DNA of 63,573 nt, counting the filler, from Octopus bimaculoides (lineage: Eukaryota), in the NCBI RefSeq assembly GCF_001194135.2. It is 6 parts of 6 records of this genome, joined end to end, with 100 filler letters (N's around TTAATTAATTAA, not from the genome) between each part and the next. Parts side by side here need not be neighbours in the genome. Positions count along the whole stretch, not along the records: positions 29,005 to 52,157 come from NC_068996.1; 5 more parts are not named here. One strand, written 5' to 3'. This document shows positions 38,151-52,157 of the stretch, piece after piece. Made by a program: the position numbers and the translations under genes. A model generated the notes under the pieces. The model was not told the DNA's origin. It searched no databases and saw nothing but the letters and a program-made list of their open reading frames with translations. Positions within the stretch are counted from its first letter, which is position 1. The number at the start of each line of letters is the position of its first letter.

Positions 38151-38184
<34 letters not shown>

Positions 38185-38189
38185 CACAA

Positions 38190-38241
<52 letters not shown>

Positions 38242-38280
38242 ATGTATGTATGTATATATATATATATACACACACACTTA

Positions 38281-38551
38281 TAAGAGGGATGAGCACTAAG
38301 TGGACATCCATTATGCAGGAAGTAGACCCCCTATGGTCTTACCATTAAGAAAAGATTGTTCTCAAGACAATTCAGCAAAGGCCAGAACGTAACCGTGCAA
38401 GATAAATGAAAAGCTACTAAATATATATTTTCTACCTTTTCATTTTTCTTGGTCGCTTACGTTCTGGTGTTTACTGAATTTTCTTAGTGGTAACGCCATA
38501 AGGGGTCTACATCTAGCATAATGGATGTCCACTTAGTGGTCATCCCGCTTA
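38281..38551. mobile_element. Palindromic MITE, TA-flanked
   Basis: TAAGAGGGATGAGCACTAAGTGGACATCCATTATGC ... GCATAATGGATGTCCACTTAGTGGTCATCCCGCTTA. Confidence 0.85.
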
Positions 38552-38567
38552 TATATATTTATATATA

Positions 38568-38636
38568 TGAGGTATGATCACTAAGTGGGGTCTACATCTA
38601 GCATAATGGATGTCCACTTAGTGATCATCCCTCTTA
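38568..38636. mobile_element. 69-bp deletion derivative of the adjacent MITE
   Basis: The left 21 bp are joined to the right ~50 bp of the MITE. Confidence 0.75.
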
Positions 38637-39675
38637 TATGTATATAATATAATTTTTCTGAATCTTCAGATTTTTTCAATATGCTATACCACTGGTTTTA
38701 AATTGATATTAATCAAATTAATATTCAATTTTCACCCTTATTATATATATATATATATNNNNNNNNNNNNNNNNNNNNNNNNNNNNNNNNNNNNNNNNNN
38801 NNNNNNNNNNNNNNNNNNNNNNNNNNNNNNNNNNNNNNNNNNNNNNNNNNNNNNNNNNNNNNNNNNNNNNNNNNNNNNNNNNNNNNNNNNNNNNNNNNNN
38901 NNNNNNNNNNNNNNNNNNNNNNNNNNNNNNNNNNNNNNNNNNNNNNNNNNNNNNNNNNNNNNNNNNNNNNNNNNNNNNNNNNNNNNNNNNNNNNNNNNNN
39001 NNNNNNNNNNNNNNNNNNNNNNNNNNNNNNNNNNNNNNNNNNNNNNNNNNNNNNNNNNNNNNNNNNNNNNNNNNNNNNNNNNNNNNNNNNNNNNNNNNNN
39101 NNNNNNNNNNNNNNNNNNNNNNNNNNNNNNNNNNNNNNNNNNNNNNNNNNNNNNNNNNNNNNNNNNNNNNNNNNNNNNNNNNNNNNNNNNNNNNNNNNNN
39201 NNNNNNNNNNNNNNNNNNNNNNNNNNNNNNNNNNNNNNNNNNNNNNNNNNNNNNNNNNNNNNNNNNNNNNNNNNNNNNNNNNNNNNNNNNNNNNNNNNNN
39301 NNNNNNNNNNNNNNNNNNNNNNNNNNNNNNNNNNNNNNNNNNNNNNNNNNNNNNNNNNNNNNNNNNNNNNNNNNNNNNNNNNNNNNNNNNNNNNNNNNNN
39401 NNNNNNNNNNNNNNNNNNNNNNNNNNNNNNNNNNNNNNNNNNNNNNNNNNNNNNNNNNNNNNNNNNNNNNNNNNNNNNNNNNNNNNNNNNNNNNNNNNNN
39501 NNNNNNNNNNNNNNNNNNNNNNNNNNNNNNNNNNNNNNNNNNNNNNNNNNNNNNNNNNNNNNNNNNNNNNNNNNNNNNNNNNNNNNNNNNNNNNNNNNNN
39601 NNNNNNNNNNNNNNNNNNNNNNNNNNNNNNNNNNNNNNNNNNNNNNNNNNNNNNNNNNNNNNNNNNNNNNNNNGG

Positions 39676-39828
39676 GGTCTTAAAAGACATGTTAGGATCC
39701 ACAATGAGCAGAACTTACTTGCAGGTATTGGTAGTGCAAATCAGAGGTGCAATCTGTGTGGGTGTTTTTTCAAAACACTGTCTGGTTTGAAAAGCCACAT
39801 CAGACGCCATGAAAGGGCTAAGGTGTAG
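39676..39828 (+). mobile_element. ORF C-terminus with tandem C2H2 fingers, probably an RTE-type LINE end
   Basis: GLKRHVRIH-NEQNLLAGIGSANQR-CNLCGCFFKTLSGLKSHIRRH-ERAKV* (C-x2-C-x12-H-x3-H) with a non-TGEKP linker. Upstream sequence lies in a gap. Confidence 0.6.
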
Positions 39829-40490
39829 GTGCAGGAGGTGGTCAAACTCTGTTTAAGGAGTAGACAACCACCATGTATGTATATATATGTGTATGTGTGT
39901 GTGTGTGTGTATGAATACATCTATGTTAGTGTGTCATTGTATTTTCCCCCACCACGTGACAATCGGGTTTGGGTCTATACATCCTTTTAACTTAGTGCTT
40001 CAGCATAAGATACTGATAGAATAAGTTGCAGGCTTGAAATAAAAATCTAGTACTTCGGTCGATTTGTTGGACTAAAACTTTTCTAAGGTGAAACCCGAGC
40101 ATGGCAACAGTCCAATGACTGAAATCAATAAAAGATGAAAGAAGATATGCTTTATTAAATACACAGATACGTTCAGGTTTTATTTTATTTTTCTTTCAAT
40201 TAGTATATAGAAAAAACAACATTCAAATCAATTCTTAAAAATTGAGACCGTGAGAGTCTAGAGATGCTTCATATGGATTTTGGAATTTTATTGTTCGAAA
40301 CCAACTGTAAAACGTTAACCAGAAAATTGGAAACATAGTCATATTTTAATGTAACATGCATAAAAGAAAAGTTGTTATACATATACGAACATACACACAC
40401 TAAATACACATATACATATATAAACATACATGCAGGAGAGAGGGAGGGACAGAGAAACAAAGAGAGAGAGAAACAAAGAGAGAGAGAGAG

Positions 40491-40545
<55 letters not shown>

Positions 40546-41058
40546 AACAGAGTGAGAGAGAGAGAGAAATAGGGAGAGAGAGAGAGAAACAGAGAGAGAG
40601 AGTGAATCAAAGATATGTTTGTATATGTAGGTGTGAGAGTGTAAATGTGTGCGTGTATGTAGAGATATAGGCGCTTTTGTATGTGTATATATATATATGT
40701 GTGTGTGTNNNNNNNNNNNNNNNNNNNNNNNNNNNNNNNNNNNNNNNNNNNNNNNNNNNNNNNNNNNNNNNNNNNNNNNNNNNNNNNNNNNNNNNNNNNN
40801 NNNNNNNNNNNNNNNNNNNNNNNNNNNNNNNNNNNNNNNNNNNNNNNNNNNNNNNNNNNNNNNNNNNNNNNNNNNNNNNNNNNNNNNNNNNNNNNNNNNN
40901 NNNNNNNNNNNNNNNNNNNNNNNNNNNNNNNNNNNNNNNNNNNNNNNNNNNNNNNNNNNNNNNNNNNNNNNNNNNNNNNNNNNNNNNNNNNNNNNNNNNN
41001 NNNNNNNNNNNNNNNNNNNNNNNNNNNNNNNNNNNNNNNNNNNNNNNNNNNNNNNNNN

Positions 41059-41109
<51 letters not shown>

Positions 41110-42651
41110 AATAGAGAGATGATAGACAGACAGATAGATATACACATACAAATATCTGCGTCACAATGTATAGCAATCTTTCTAAACGTCTCACATCGGA
41201 AGTTAAATACATTCCTGTATGAAGTATAACTGAAAAAAAAAAAAGAACGAAAAATAAAAAAAATCTGCGATATTTTGCACAGATATTAATTTTGCGTTTA
41301 TACTAATTTTTATTGTCAAACCAAATATTGAAATTTGATATTAAATCTTCAAAATCTATTGCCAGAAATACTGTATTGAAATGTATAAATTGTTTTATTC
41401 ACTGCGCCGTATCACTATTTTGACTAGGAGGAAAACAATATTGTGCTTCTTTTTAAGTGTAAATAGGAATATGCGAGTTTCATTTATTTCCCAAGACTAT
41501 TGAAATGAAATGGTTTAAACTCCGCAATCTAAAGTATATCAGCACCGATGAATTATATCTTACTTTATAACGCTCCCATATGCGTTATTGCGAATATTGA
41601 TTTTTTCTAACTAGGCACAGAGCCAAGATTTTGTAAACGAGGTAGATATAGACAAATTTATACATCGTTATCGTTTTGAATATTTTTGGCAATTCATATG
41701 TCGGAGGAATGTAAAGACGATCCCCCGTTATATATGTACTCAGGTCCGTGAGGAATATTAGTGAATACTAAATATGTTTTTATACCGACAATTTACCCTC
41801 TCACTTTGATTACACAAATATTGGTGGAAGTAATCGTTAGATATCAGCTACACAAAAATAAATTTCTTTCATCTCCTCAGTAGCCACCAGTACAACACTG
41901 AGATCCTAAACAGTACATCAGTAGTTTCAAGACTTTAAGAACTTTTTAATGGATCAAAGCTGTCACGTATTTGGCGTGAATAGATTCAATAGAGGGTATT
42001 CTTACAAACTTCATTATTTTCTCGAGCTGAAATATTTCTAAGACTATATTTACGGTACTCTGTCTTCGATGAACACACTATAGAGTGACGTTTAGCACTT
42101 AAGCTAGATTTCACTACATACGAACGAACAATACAACAAATTTAAGTCGATGAAATATTGCAGAGAAGGTATATCTCCATACAGTGTTCACGCTGATTAG
42201 CATTTTAGCATTGTAGACTCAACCCAAACAGACGTTTAAAATAACTTAGGTTCATAAACAATATCATTATTCGAGGTCACTATACACGGTGTGTTTTTTT
42301 TTTTTCGTCTAAAATGACTTTTCATTACAAGACTTTAGAAATTCACTTATATGCACGTGCGCGTATCTGTGAATGTTTGCATGGAGGGGTGCGTTTATTT
42401 ACCTATCCTTTTGGCTGAAAGGCACTTTAAATTCTTTGTTCTTAGAGTTTATTAGTGCTAGTTTCAATTTTCGCTGTATATCAAATACCCTTATGTATTC
42501 AAATATGCATATTTGCTTTGTTTTCTATTTTTCTTGTTGTTCGCCACAATTCGCCTTAATACACTGATCAGTCGAAAGACTAGTCTTTGTGTTAACAGAC
42601 CATGTCTAGACATTTTCTCCTTTTTCTTCTTGTTTTGAATCCGATCGTCAG

Positions 42652-42726
42652 TACTCCAGCAGTTTCAATGCTGCTGACATTGCCAAATTCAGCAATAGGT
42701 GTCGAAATTGTGATGATATTCGGTCG
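42652..42726 (+). CDS. Weak candidate exon: YSSSFNAADIAKFSNRCRNCDDIRS
   Basis: Long polypyrimidine tract, acceptor TCAG, donor TCG/GTAACA. An antisense frame is also open. Confidence 0.2.
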
Positions 42727-43035
42727 GTAACACGCAAGCGGTAGAGAATGTTTGCTCCGTTTAAGTTATATAACTTTTTGTCCTTTGTGATTTGTTTTCC
42801 TCTTAATTTTTCTATCATCTCTTACTTCATACACAGACACACACATACATATAATTTGTGAACGCGTGCGAGTGTATGTATGTTTGTTTGTTCTCCTTGA
42901 TGTATATCACTCTGAAAATAATGCAAGTTACATTTGCACAAAACCTATTTCTAAAGATTGAATCTGAATATTAAAGACTCTCACCTGGTTATCAATTTAC
43001 CTCAGTCACGCGGGGTTTAAGACAGTGTGTGAATT

Positions 43036-43069
<34 letters not shown>

Positions 43070-43071
<2 letters not shown>

Positions 43072-43297
43072 CTCTTTTACTCTTTTACTCTTTTACTCTT
43101 TTACTTGTTTCAGTCTTTTAACTGCGGCCATGCTGGAGCACCGCCTTTAGTCGAGCAAATCGACCCCAGGACTTATTCTTTAGAAGCCTAGTACTTATTC
43201 TATTGGTCTCTTTTGCCGAACCGCTAAGTTACGGGGACATAAACACACCAGCATCGGTTGTCAAGCGATGTTGGGGGGACAAACACAGACACACAAA
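43070..43297 (-). mobile_element. SINE family A, 3' half (young-looking), gap inside the microsatellite
   Basis: (TTTTACTC)n tail and GCCATGCTGGAGCACCGCCTTTAGTCGAGC. Confidence 0.85.
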
Positions 43298-44739
43298 NNN
43301 NNNNNNNNNNNNNNNNNNNNNNNNNNNNNNNNNNNNNNNNNNNNNNNNNNNNNNNNNNNNNNNNNNNNNNNNNNNNNNNNNNNNNNNNNNNNNNNNNNNN
43401 NNNNNNNNNNNNNNNNNNNNNNNNNNNNNNNNNNNNNNNNNNNNNNNNNNNNNNNNNNNNNNNNNNNNNNNNNNNNNNNNNNNNNNNNNNNNNNNNNNNN
43501 NNNNNNNNNNNNNNNNNNNNNNNNNNNNNNNNNNNNNNNNNNNNNNNNNNNNNNNNNNNNNNNNNNNNNNNNNNNNNNNNNNNNNNNNNNNNNNNNNNNN
43601 NNNNNNNNNNNNNNNNNNNNNNNNNNNNNNNNNNNNNNNNNNNNNNNNNNNNNNNNNNNNNNNNNNNNNNNNNNNNNNNNNNNNNNNNNNNNNNNNNNNN
43701 NNNNNNNNNNNNNNNNNNNNNNNNNNNNNNNNNNNNNNNNNNNNNNNNNNNNNNNNNNNNNNNNNNNNNNNNNNNNNNNNNNNNNNNNNNNNNNNNNNNN
43801 NNNNNNNNNNNNNNNNNNNNNNNNNNNNNNNNNNNNNNNNNNNNNNNNNNNNNNNNNNNNNNNNNNNNNNNNNNNNNNNNNNNNNNNNNNNNNNNNNNNN
43901 NNNNNNNNNNNNNNNNNNNNNNNNNNNNNNNNNNNNNNNNNNNNNNNNNNNNNNNNNNNNNNNNNNNNNNNNNNNNNNNNNNNNNNNNNNNNNNNNNNNN
44001 NNNNNNNNNNNNNNNNNNNNNNNNNNNNNNNNNNNNNNNNNNNNNNNNNNNNNNNNNNNNNNNNNNNNNNNNNNNNNNNNNNNNNNNNNNNNNNNNNNNN
44101 NNNNNNNNNNNNNNNNNNNNNNNNNNNNNNNNNNNNNNNNNNNNNNNNNNNNNNNNNNNNNNNNNNNNNNNNNNNNNNNNNNNNNNNNNNNNNNNNNNNN
44201 NNNNNNNNNNNNNNNNNNNNNNNNNNNNNNNNNNNNNNNNNNNNNNNNNNNNNNNNNNNNNNNNGTGGTGGTGGCGGCGGGGGCGGTGGTGGTGGCGGTG
44301 GTAGTGGTGTTAGTGGTAGTGGTGGTGGTGATAACGATGATAGTGATGGTGATGGTGGTGCTGGTGGCAGTGGTGTTTGTGGTGTGTTGATGGTGGTAAC
44401 AGTGTTTGGTCTTCTCCATACAAAACTTATAATTTACGATCGTTACTGTCATTACATAATATCAACATCCATAAGTCGACAAGTATCTATTAATACAATC
44501 ACACGTATTAATATCTGTGTAGATAGCATATTAAACATGCTTTTCAGTAATCCAACTAATGGGTCACATCAACATGACTTTGGATTGATAGCCATAGATT
44601 GTACTTAAATATGTTTAATATTCAAATATGTGTGTACATATGAGTGCGTGTGTGTATATGAGAGTGTGTTTATATAAATAAATACATATATCTATATCTA
44701 TATCTATCTATCTCTCTATCTATCTATATTTATCTATTC

Positions 44740-44950
44740 TTTTATTCTTTTACTTGCTTCAGTCATTTGACTGGGGCCATGCTAGAGCACCACCTTTAGT
44801 CGAACAGATCGACCCCAGAACTTATTCTTTGTTAGCCTAGAACTTATTCTACTTGTCTCTTTTGACGAACCGCTTGGTTACGGGGACACACCAACATCAG
44901 TGTCAATCGATTGTGGGGGGACAAAAATAGACACACACACACACAACCCC
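44740..44950 (-). mobile_element. SINE family A, 3' half
   Basis: Same family core. Confidence 0.8.
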
Positions 44951-45796
44951 CCCCCCNNNNNNNNNNNNNNNNNNNNNNNNNNNNNNNNNNNNNNNNNNNN
45001 NNNNNNNNNNNNNNNNNNNNNNNNNNNNNNNNNNNNNNNNNNNNNNNNNNNNNNNNNNNNNNNNNNNNNNNNNNNNNNNNNNNNNNNNNNNNNNNNNNNN
45101 NNNNNNNNNNNNNNNNNNNNNNNNNNNNNNNNNNNNNNNNNNNNNNNNNNNNNNNNNNNNNNNNNNNNNNNNNNNNNNNNNNNNNNNNNNNNNNNNNNNN
45201 NNNNNNNNNNNNNNNNNNNNNNNNNNNNNNNNNNNNNNNNNNNNNNNNNNNNNNNNNNNNNNNNNNNNNNNNNNNNNNNNNNNNNNNNNNNNNNNNNNNN
45301 NNNNNNNNNNNNNNNNNNNNNNNNNNNNNNNNNNNNNNNNNNNNNNNNNNNNNNNNNNNNNNNNNNNNNNNNNNNNNNNNNNNNNNNNNNNNNNNNNNNN
45401 NNNNNNNNNNNNNNNNNNNNNNNNNNNNNNNNNNNNNNNNNNNNNNNNNNNNNNNNNNNNNNNNNNNNNNNNNNNNNNNNNNNNNNNNNNNNNNNNNNNN
45501 NNNNNNNNNNNNNNNNNNNNNNNNNNNNNNNNNNNNNNNNNNNNNNNNNNNNNNNNNNNNNNNNNNNNNNNNNNNNNNNNNNNNNNNNNNNNNNNNNNNN
45601 NNNNNNNNNNNNNNNNNNNNNNNNNNNNNNNNNNNNNNNNNNNNNNNNNNNNNNNNNNNNNNNNNNNNNNNNNNNNNNNNNNNNNNNNNNNNNNNNNNNN
45701 NNNNNNNNNNNNNNNNNNNNNNNNNNNNNNNNNNNNNNNNNNNNNNNNATATATATGTATGTATGTATCTATGCATCTCCGTCTGTCTGTATATTT

Positions 45797-45944
45797 CTGT
45801 GGTAAGAAACTTGCATTCCAATCATATGATTCCGGGTTCAGTCCCACTACGTGGCACGTTGGACAAGTGTCTTCTACTATAGGCTCGGGCTGACCACAGC
45901 ATTGTGACTGGATTTGGTAGACGGAAACTGAAATAAGTCAGTCG

Positions 45945-45991
<47 letters not shown>

Positions 45992-46285
45992 AAAAACATA
46001 CAAATACACACACATAAACATATGTGGGTGTGTATGTGTGTCTGTGTCTGTGAGCGTGTATTTCTGTGTGTCTGTATCTATCTGTATGTGTGTCTTTCGT
46101 TTGTGCTTGTCCCCTCGTCACCGCTTGAAAACCGGTTTTTGTGCGTTTACGTCCCCGCAACTTAGCGGTTCGACAAAAATATCCGAGATAATAAGTACTA
46201 GTCTTTGAAAACATTAAGGCCTTGGGTTGATTTGTTCGACCCTCCAAAGCAGTGCTCCAGCATGGCCGCAATCTCAATCAGGTAA
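45797..46285 (+). mobile_element. SINE family A, near full length
   Basis: GGTTCAGTCCCACT ... TTGGACAAGTGTCTTC ... GTGCTCCAGCATGGCCGC. Confidence 0.8.
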
Positions 46286-46328
46286 AAGAATAAAAGAATA
46301 CATCGTTCTATCTATCTATCTATCTATC

Positions 46329-46436
<108 letters not shown>

Positions 46437-46474
46437 CATACATATATATATATATATTTATATACATACATACA

Positions 46475-46509
<35 letters not shown>

Positions 46510-46546
46510 GTGCATATATCCAAATTTTGCATCTGTTGAAGTATAC

Positions 46547-46594
<48 letters not shown>

Positions 46595-46649
46595 CCGATA
46601 TTTTCCTCCAGTAATTTAGATTTCGAGAGTATTATTATTATCATCATCA

Positions 46650-46710
<61 letters not shown>

Positions 46711-47874
46711 AAATATCTAGTTAGTCACAAAAACATTAAAACATTTTCTATCTATCTTATTAGTTGTTCTGAGTAACTGTATGAAATCGCACATGAATCA
46801 CCCTAGAAAATAAGAAAATATAATTGAAAATTTATTGTAAATTATGACAAATTTATTAATATGTGAATTGCATATAAATATCATTTAAAGTTACTTATTC
46901 GTAGCCTCTTTCTCAAGGCTGCAGAAAAGAAAAAAAAAGAATGAAACAGGAAATTATTTTTCCTTAGAAAAAGAAAGCAGGTTTGGTTTTCTATTTCTTA
47001 TAATGAAAATTGTCCAGGAATAGCAAAATGAAACTATGTCGCATTTACGATTAGCGGTGTTTCTATTATGGAAGAGACTGTAAACACGAAATAAACAAAC
47101 GTTACTCTATTTTCTATATGCTCTTCCAAAATAAGTATGTCCAATTTTTATATATGAATTTACATATCTGTAAACACCAAACATGACACTAAACATATTA
47201 TACAAAGGTAGGCAACCATTTTCAGAATGGAGTGTGCAGAATTTTGTTGATTGAATCATAAAGTTACATAATTTTTGAGAGTTGACCCATTATTTGTCGA
47301 CAATTTTTGGAAAATATTGATAGACCTGGCTAAACATTGACATATTATTGCAATAATTCTTTTTGTACTGTTAATTGAATCGTGAATGTGTATGTGTGTG
47401 TATAAATACACACATTTATATATATGTATATATACACAAACTATTTTGTGTACATGAAAGTATGTGTTATACGTATCAATATTTAAATCAATTTAAAGAT
47501 GTATCAAATCAACAGTGTGTAATGTCAATGGAGACACGTTTTTTCATTCAGTTTACCCTTCATTCTGTTTACTGTCCTCATCCCATTTTGTTGAACAGTG
47601 TAGGCTCGTAATGTCAACCATTTCTTTCATTTTACCTCATGGTAAAATTAATACGTTCTGCTTGATGTTCCCTCCCTGTCTCTATCTTATACTTTTTATT
47701 TTTGTATTTTTTTAACTATATGTATGTGTGTTTGTGAGTGTGTTTGCGTGTATGTATGCGCGTGTGTATCTACATATGTATATATATATATGTGTGTGCA
47801 TATATATATATATGCATATATGATATATACATACATATATATATATGTCTGTATGTATGTATATATATAATATT

Positions 47875-47932
<58 letters not shown>

Positions 47933-47957
47933 NNNNNNNNNNACACACACATGTATA

Positions 47958-48160
47958 TGATGGGGGTGCTGAAAAGTTCCTAACTTTAAGGGTACCACAA
48001 AAGACCTTGTTGCAGGCCCAACCTTCCGAGTTCTTTTACAGAGCTTAGAAAACCTGGAGGACTGCTGCAATAAGTGTGTAAATCTGAGAGGGAAATATGT
48101 TGAATAAAATCATAATAAACGGATCCTCTTCTATTTCCTTTTATCCTAAGCCAGCAACTG
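47958..48160 (+). mobile_element. Short mariner deletion derivative
   Basis: TA-TGATGGGGGTGCTGAAAAGTTCC TIR-like end and transposase C-terminus LENLEDCCNKCVNLRGKYVE*. Confidence 0.65.
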
Positions 48161-48211
48161 CCTTAGGGTAATATATATGATATATCCTCATATTTATACA
48201 TATTCTCTTCC

Positions 48212-48426
48212 TCTTTTACTTGTTTCAGTCATTTGACTGTGGCCATGCTGGAGCACCACCTTTAGTCAACCAAATCGACCCCAAGACTTATTTATTGTAA
48301 ACCTAGTACATATTCCAGTGGGGTCTTTTGCCGAACCGCTAAATTACAGTGACAGAAACACACCAACATCGGTTGTCAAGCGATGGTGGGGGGACAAACA
48401 CAGACACACAAACAAATACACACCCA

Positions 48427-48464
<38 letters not shown>

Positions 48465-48620
48465 TACACACACACATACATACACACATATACACGAAAG
48501 TTTTCTTTCAGTTTCCCTCTACTAAATTCACTCACAAGCCTTTTGTCGGCCTATGGCTATTGTAGAAGACATTTGCCCAAGGTGCCACGTAGAGAGACTG
48601 AACCCGGAATCATGTGATTG
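48212..48620 (-). mobile_element. SINE family A
   Basis: Family core in minus orientation. Confidence 0.85.
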
Positions 48621-48735
48621 TACCTCGCCCTCGCGTTCTTGTTTNNNNNNNNNNNNNNNNNNNNNNNNNNNNNNNNNNNNNNNNNNNNNNNNNNNNNNNN
48701 NNNNNNNNNNNNNNNNNNNNNNNNNNNNNNNNNNN

Positions 48736-48798
<63 letters not shown>

Positions 48799-50149
48799 AT
48801 ACATTAAAAGTAAAAACTTACTGTGGACAATATGTATAAATATATTTGTGCACTGTGTTATATTTCTTCCGTTTGTCCTATTAAACTAATATATATGCAT
48901 GTATTTATTTAATATTTATTCATACACATGGTAGGTCTCATCACAAGAGTCGAGTTATTCAATCAACTAGACAAAAAGTGAAATATGTAACTATAAGGGC
49001 TTACGTTTTTATGTATTTGCAAGCTAGACAAAGTTAGAAACTTTCATTTAAATATAAACTTGAAGAAACGTTTCTGTTTCAGGACAACAAACTTTAATAT
49101 TGAGTTTCTCAAAAACAAACAGGTGAGTACTTGTCGAAGGGTCCTCCATGTCGTTTGGCATTTATCTGCTGAAAAATGATTCATACATATTACTAAGATG
49201 ATAAGGAGAAACAGAATTATGTAAAACAGACTTATGTATAGTTGCTAGTTAGCAAACAATATTCAAATTTTACACAATTTTATATATGTGTGCGTATGCA
49301 TATATTTAACTATGTCTCTCTGTCTCTATGTATGTATCTATGAATGTATGCATGTATGTACGTATAAATATATATATATATATATATATNNNNNNNNNNN
49401 NNNNNNNNNNNNNNNNNNNNNNNNNNNNNNNNNNNNNNNNNNNNNNNNNNNNNNNNNNNNNNNNNNNNNNNNNNNNNNNNNNNNNNNNNNNNNNNNNNNN
49501 NNNNNNNNNNNNNNNNNNNNNNNNNNNNNNNNNNNNNNNNNNNNNNNNNNNNNNNNNNNNNNNNNNNNNNNNNNNNNNNNNNNNNNNNNNNNNNNNNNNN
49601 NNNNNNNNNNNNNNNNNNNNNNNNNNNNNNNNNNNNNNNNNNNNNNNNNNNNNNNNNNNNNNNNNNNNNNNNNNNNNNNNNNNNNNNNNNNNNNNNNNNN
49701 NNNNNNNNNNNNNNNNNNNNNNNNNNNNNNNNNNNNNNNNNNNNNNNNNNNNNNNNNNNNNNNNNNNNNNNNNNNNNNNNNNNNNNNNNNNNNNNNNNNN
49801 NNNNNNNNNNNNNNNNNNNNNNNNNNNNNNNNNNNNNNNNNNNNNNNNNNNNNNNNNNNNNNNNNNNNNNNNNNNNNNNNNNNNNNNNNNNNNNNNNNNN
49901 NNNNNNNNNNNNNNNNNNNNNNNNNNNNNNNNNNNNNNNNNNNNNNNNNNNNNNNNNNNNNNNNNNNNNNNNNNNNNNNNNNNNNNNNNNNNNNNNNNNN
50001 NNNNNNNNNNNNNNNNNNNNNNNNNNNNNNNNNNNNNNNNNNNNNNNNNNNNNNNNNNNNNNNNNNNNNNNNNNNNNNNNNNNNNNNNNNNNNNNNNNNN
50101 NNNNNNNNNNNNNNNNNNNNNNNNNNNNNNNNNNNNNNNNNNNNNNNNN

Positions 50150-50183
<34 letters not shown>

Positions 50184-50616
50184 AGATATTACTTTAGCAT
50201 ACATATACATGTATATTCCTATCATTTGCGTGTGTGTATGTTATACACTTAAAAGTAAACTTATATTATATATTTTATATACACTATACATCAACTATGT
50301 ATACGCATATATATTTATGCATATTTGTATATGCGTATGGGTATGTACATGTGTGCATATGCATGTGTGTGTGTATTAATCTTTCTTTTTACTTTCAGTT
50401 ATAATGAAAATAATTTTACATTAATTTGATGGGTTGTTCCACACTTTTGAAGAGAGTACAAATGTATTATTCTTAAGGAAGAATAATATTGATAATGACT
50501 TACATGTTTCAGTCAGCTAAGCCATCGTAAATGTATATATATATATCCACACCCACACACATAGATAGATAAATAAATAGATAGATAGACAGACAGACAG
50601 GCACGTACGCACACAC

Positions 50617-50668
<52 letters not shown>

Positions 50669-51023
50669 AAATACGTACATATGTACACATCTGTGTATAT
50701 CTGTCTTCGTCGTTTTTGTGTTAGGGATTTGGAGTAAATTTCTTCTTTTTATTTAATTTCATATCCTAAAGCATGGTATAAATGGAAACATTGTAAACGA
50801 CAAATACGAATGAAGCTGGGCAGATAATAACCAATAGAAGGACAGCATTCAGCAAGCTGTGTGGCGAATGCGATAAACGACCAGTGTGGATGCTGATTCA
50901 CCGAAGACACTTCCTCCACTAGACAGAGGCTAGGCTGAATGGAATTTAATTAAAAAATGGATATTATAATTTCTTTCCTTCACACCAGACTCAGACATCT
51001 GCGGAGGTGCCTCTCTTTCATAT

Positions 51024-51069
<46 letters not shown>

Positions 51070-51267
51070 CAGTGTGTATAGGCTGTAGGTTGTGCGCGTG
51101 TAGTTTTGCATTGAGTAATATTTACTGATATCTGTGTGTTTGTGTGTGTTTGACACTAAAGTGGTTTGTCTATATATAAATGCATGTGTGTATGCGTGTG
51201 CGTGTGCGTGTGCTATTTAAGAAATTATTTCTTTTGTTTGTCAATATATAATATGTATATATATATA

Positions 51268-51298
<31 letters not shown>

Positions 51299-52124
51299 TT
51301 ATATATGTACACGCTCATACATATATATATAAGACATATACCTATATACACATCTGTCATGTATGTGTGTGCGTTTGTACTATTTAAGAAATTGTTTATT
51401 TGGGGGGGGAGTATATATATATATAATCATATATATGTTTACGTGTGTGTGTATGTGAGAGTGCGCGCGCACATTATTACATACACATATCCATACACAT
51501 GCACACACATATACCTATATGTGTCTCTGTTCATTTCTTTTTGAGTGTACGCGTATATGAACGGGTGGTTGAATGATTGTTTATACATGTGTGTGTGTTC
51601 TTAAGTGTGTGTGTTCTTATGTGTGTATGTGTATGCGCGCGCGCGCGCGTGTGTGTGTGTAGTTGACACTAAAGAGGAAAAGAGAGTAAGAGACAGAAGG
51701 TACACACATCGACTTTATCTTCGTAGTACAAAGCTATATCAATTGTTGCCTATATAAAAGATACATCCGAAGTTGTGCTCCAGTTTGGCCATAAATGCGC
51801 GATTGTAACCTGTAGAAAAACAAAGCATATAAAAAATAATATGCAAACGAAATAATATTTTTGACCAGAATATTTTTATTATAGTTGTTTTGACTTTATA
51901 CTCTCCGTGATATTGTTCTTCAGCCCTTGCTCACTACTCATCTACCCTAACTCATTTAGCCTTGAGGTATTAGGAGATGATTTGAGGAGACGATGCCATC
52001 GAATAACTCCTTCTATCATTCTTTTTGGCTCTTAAATCTATTATATCAAATATATACAAATACACATAGAGATACACAAACAGACACTAACACATATATT
52101 GATATTAAATATTTTAGATCGATA

Positions 52125-52157
<33 letters not shown>

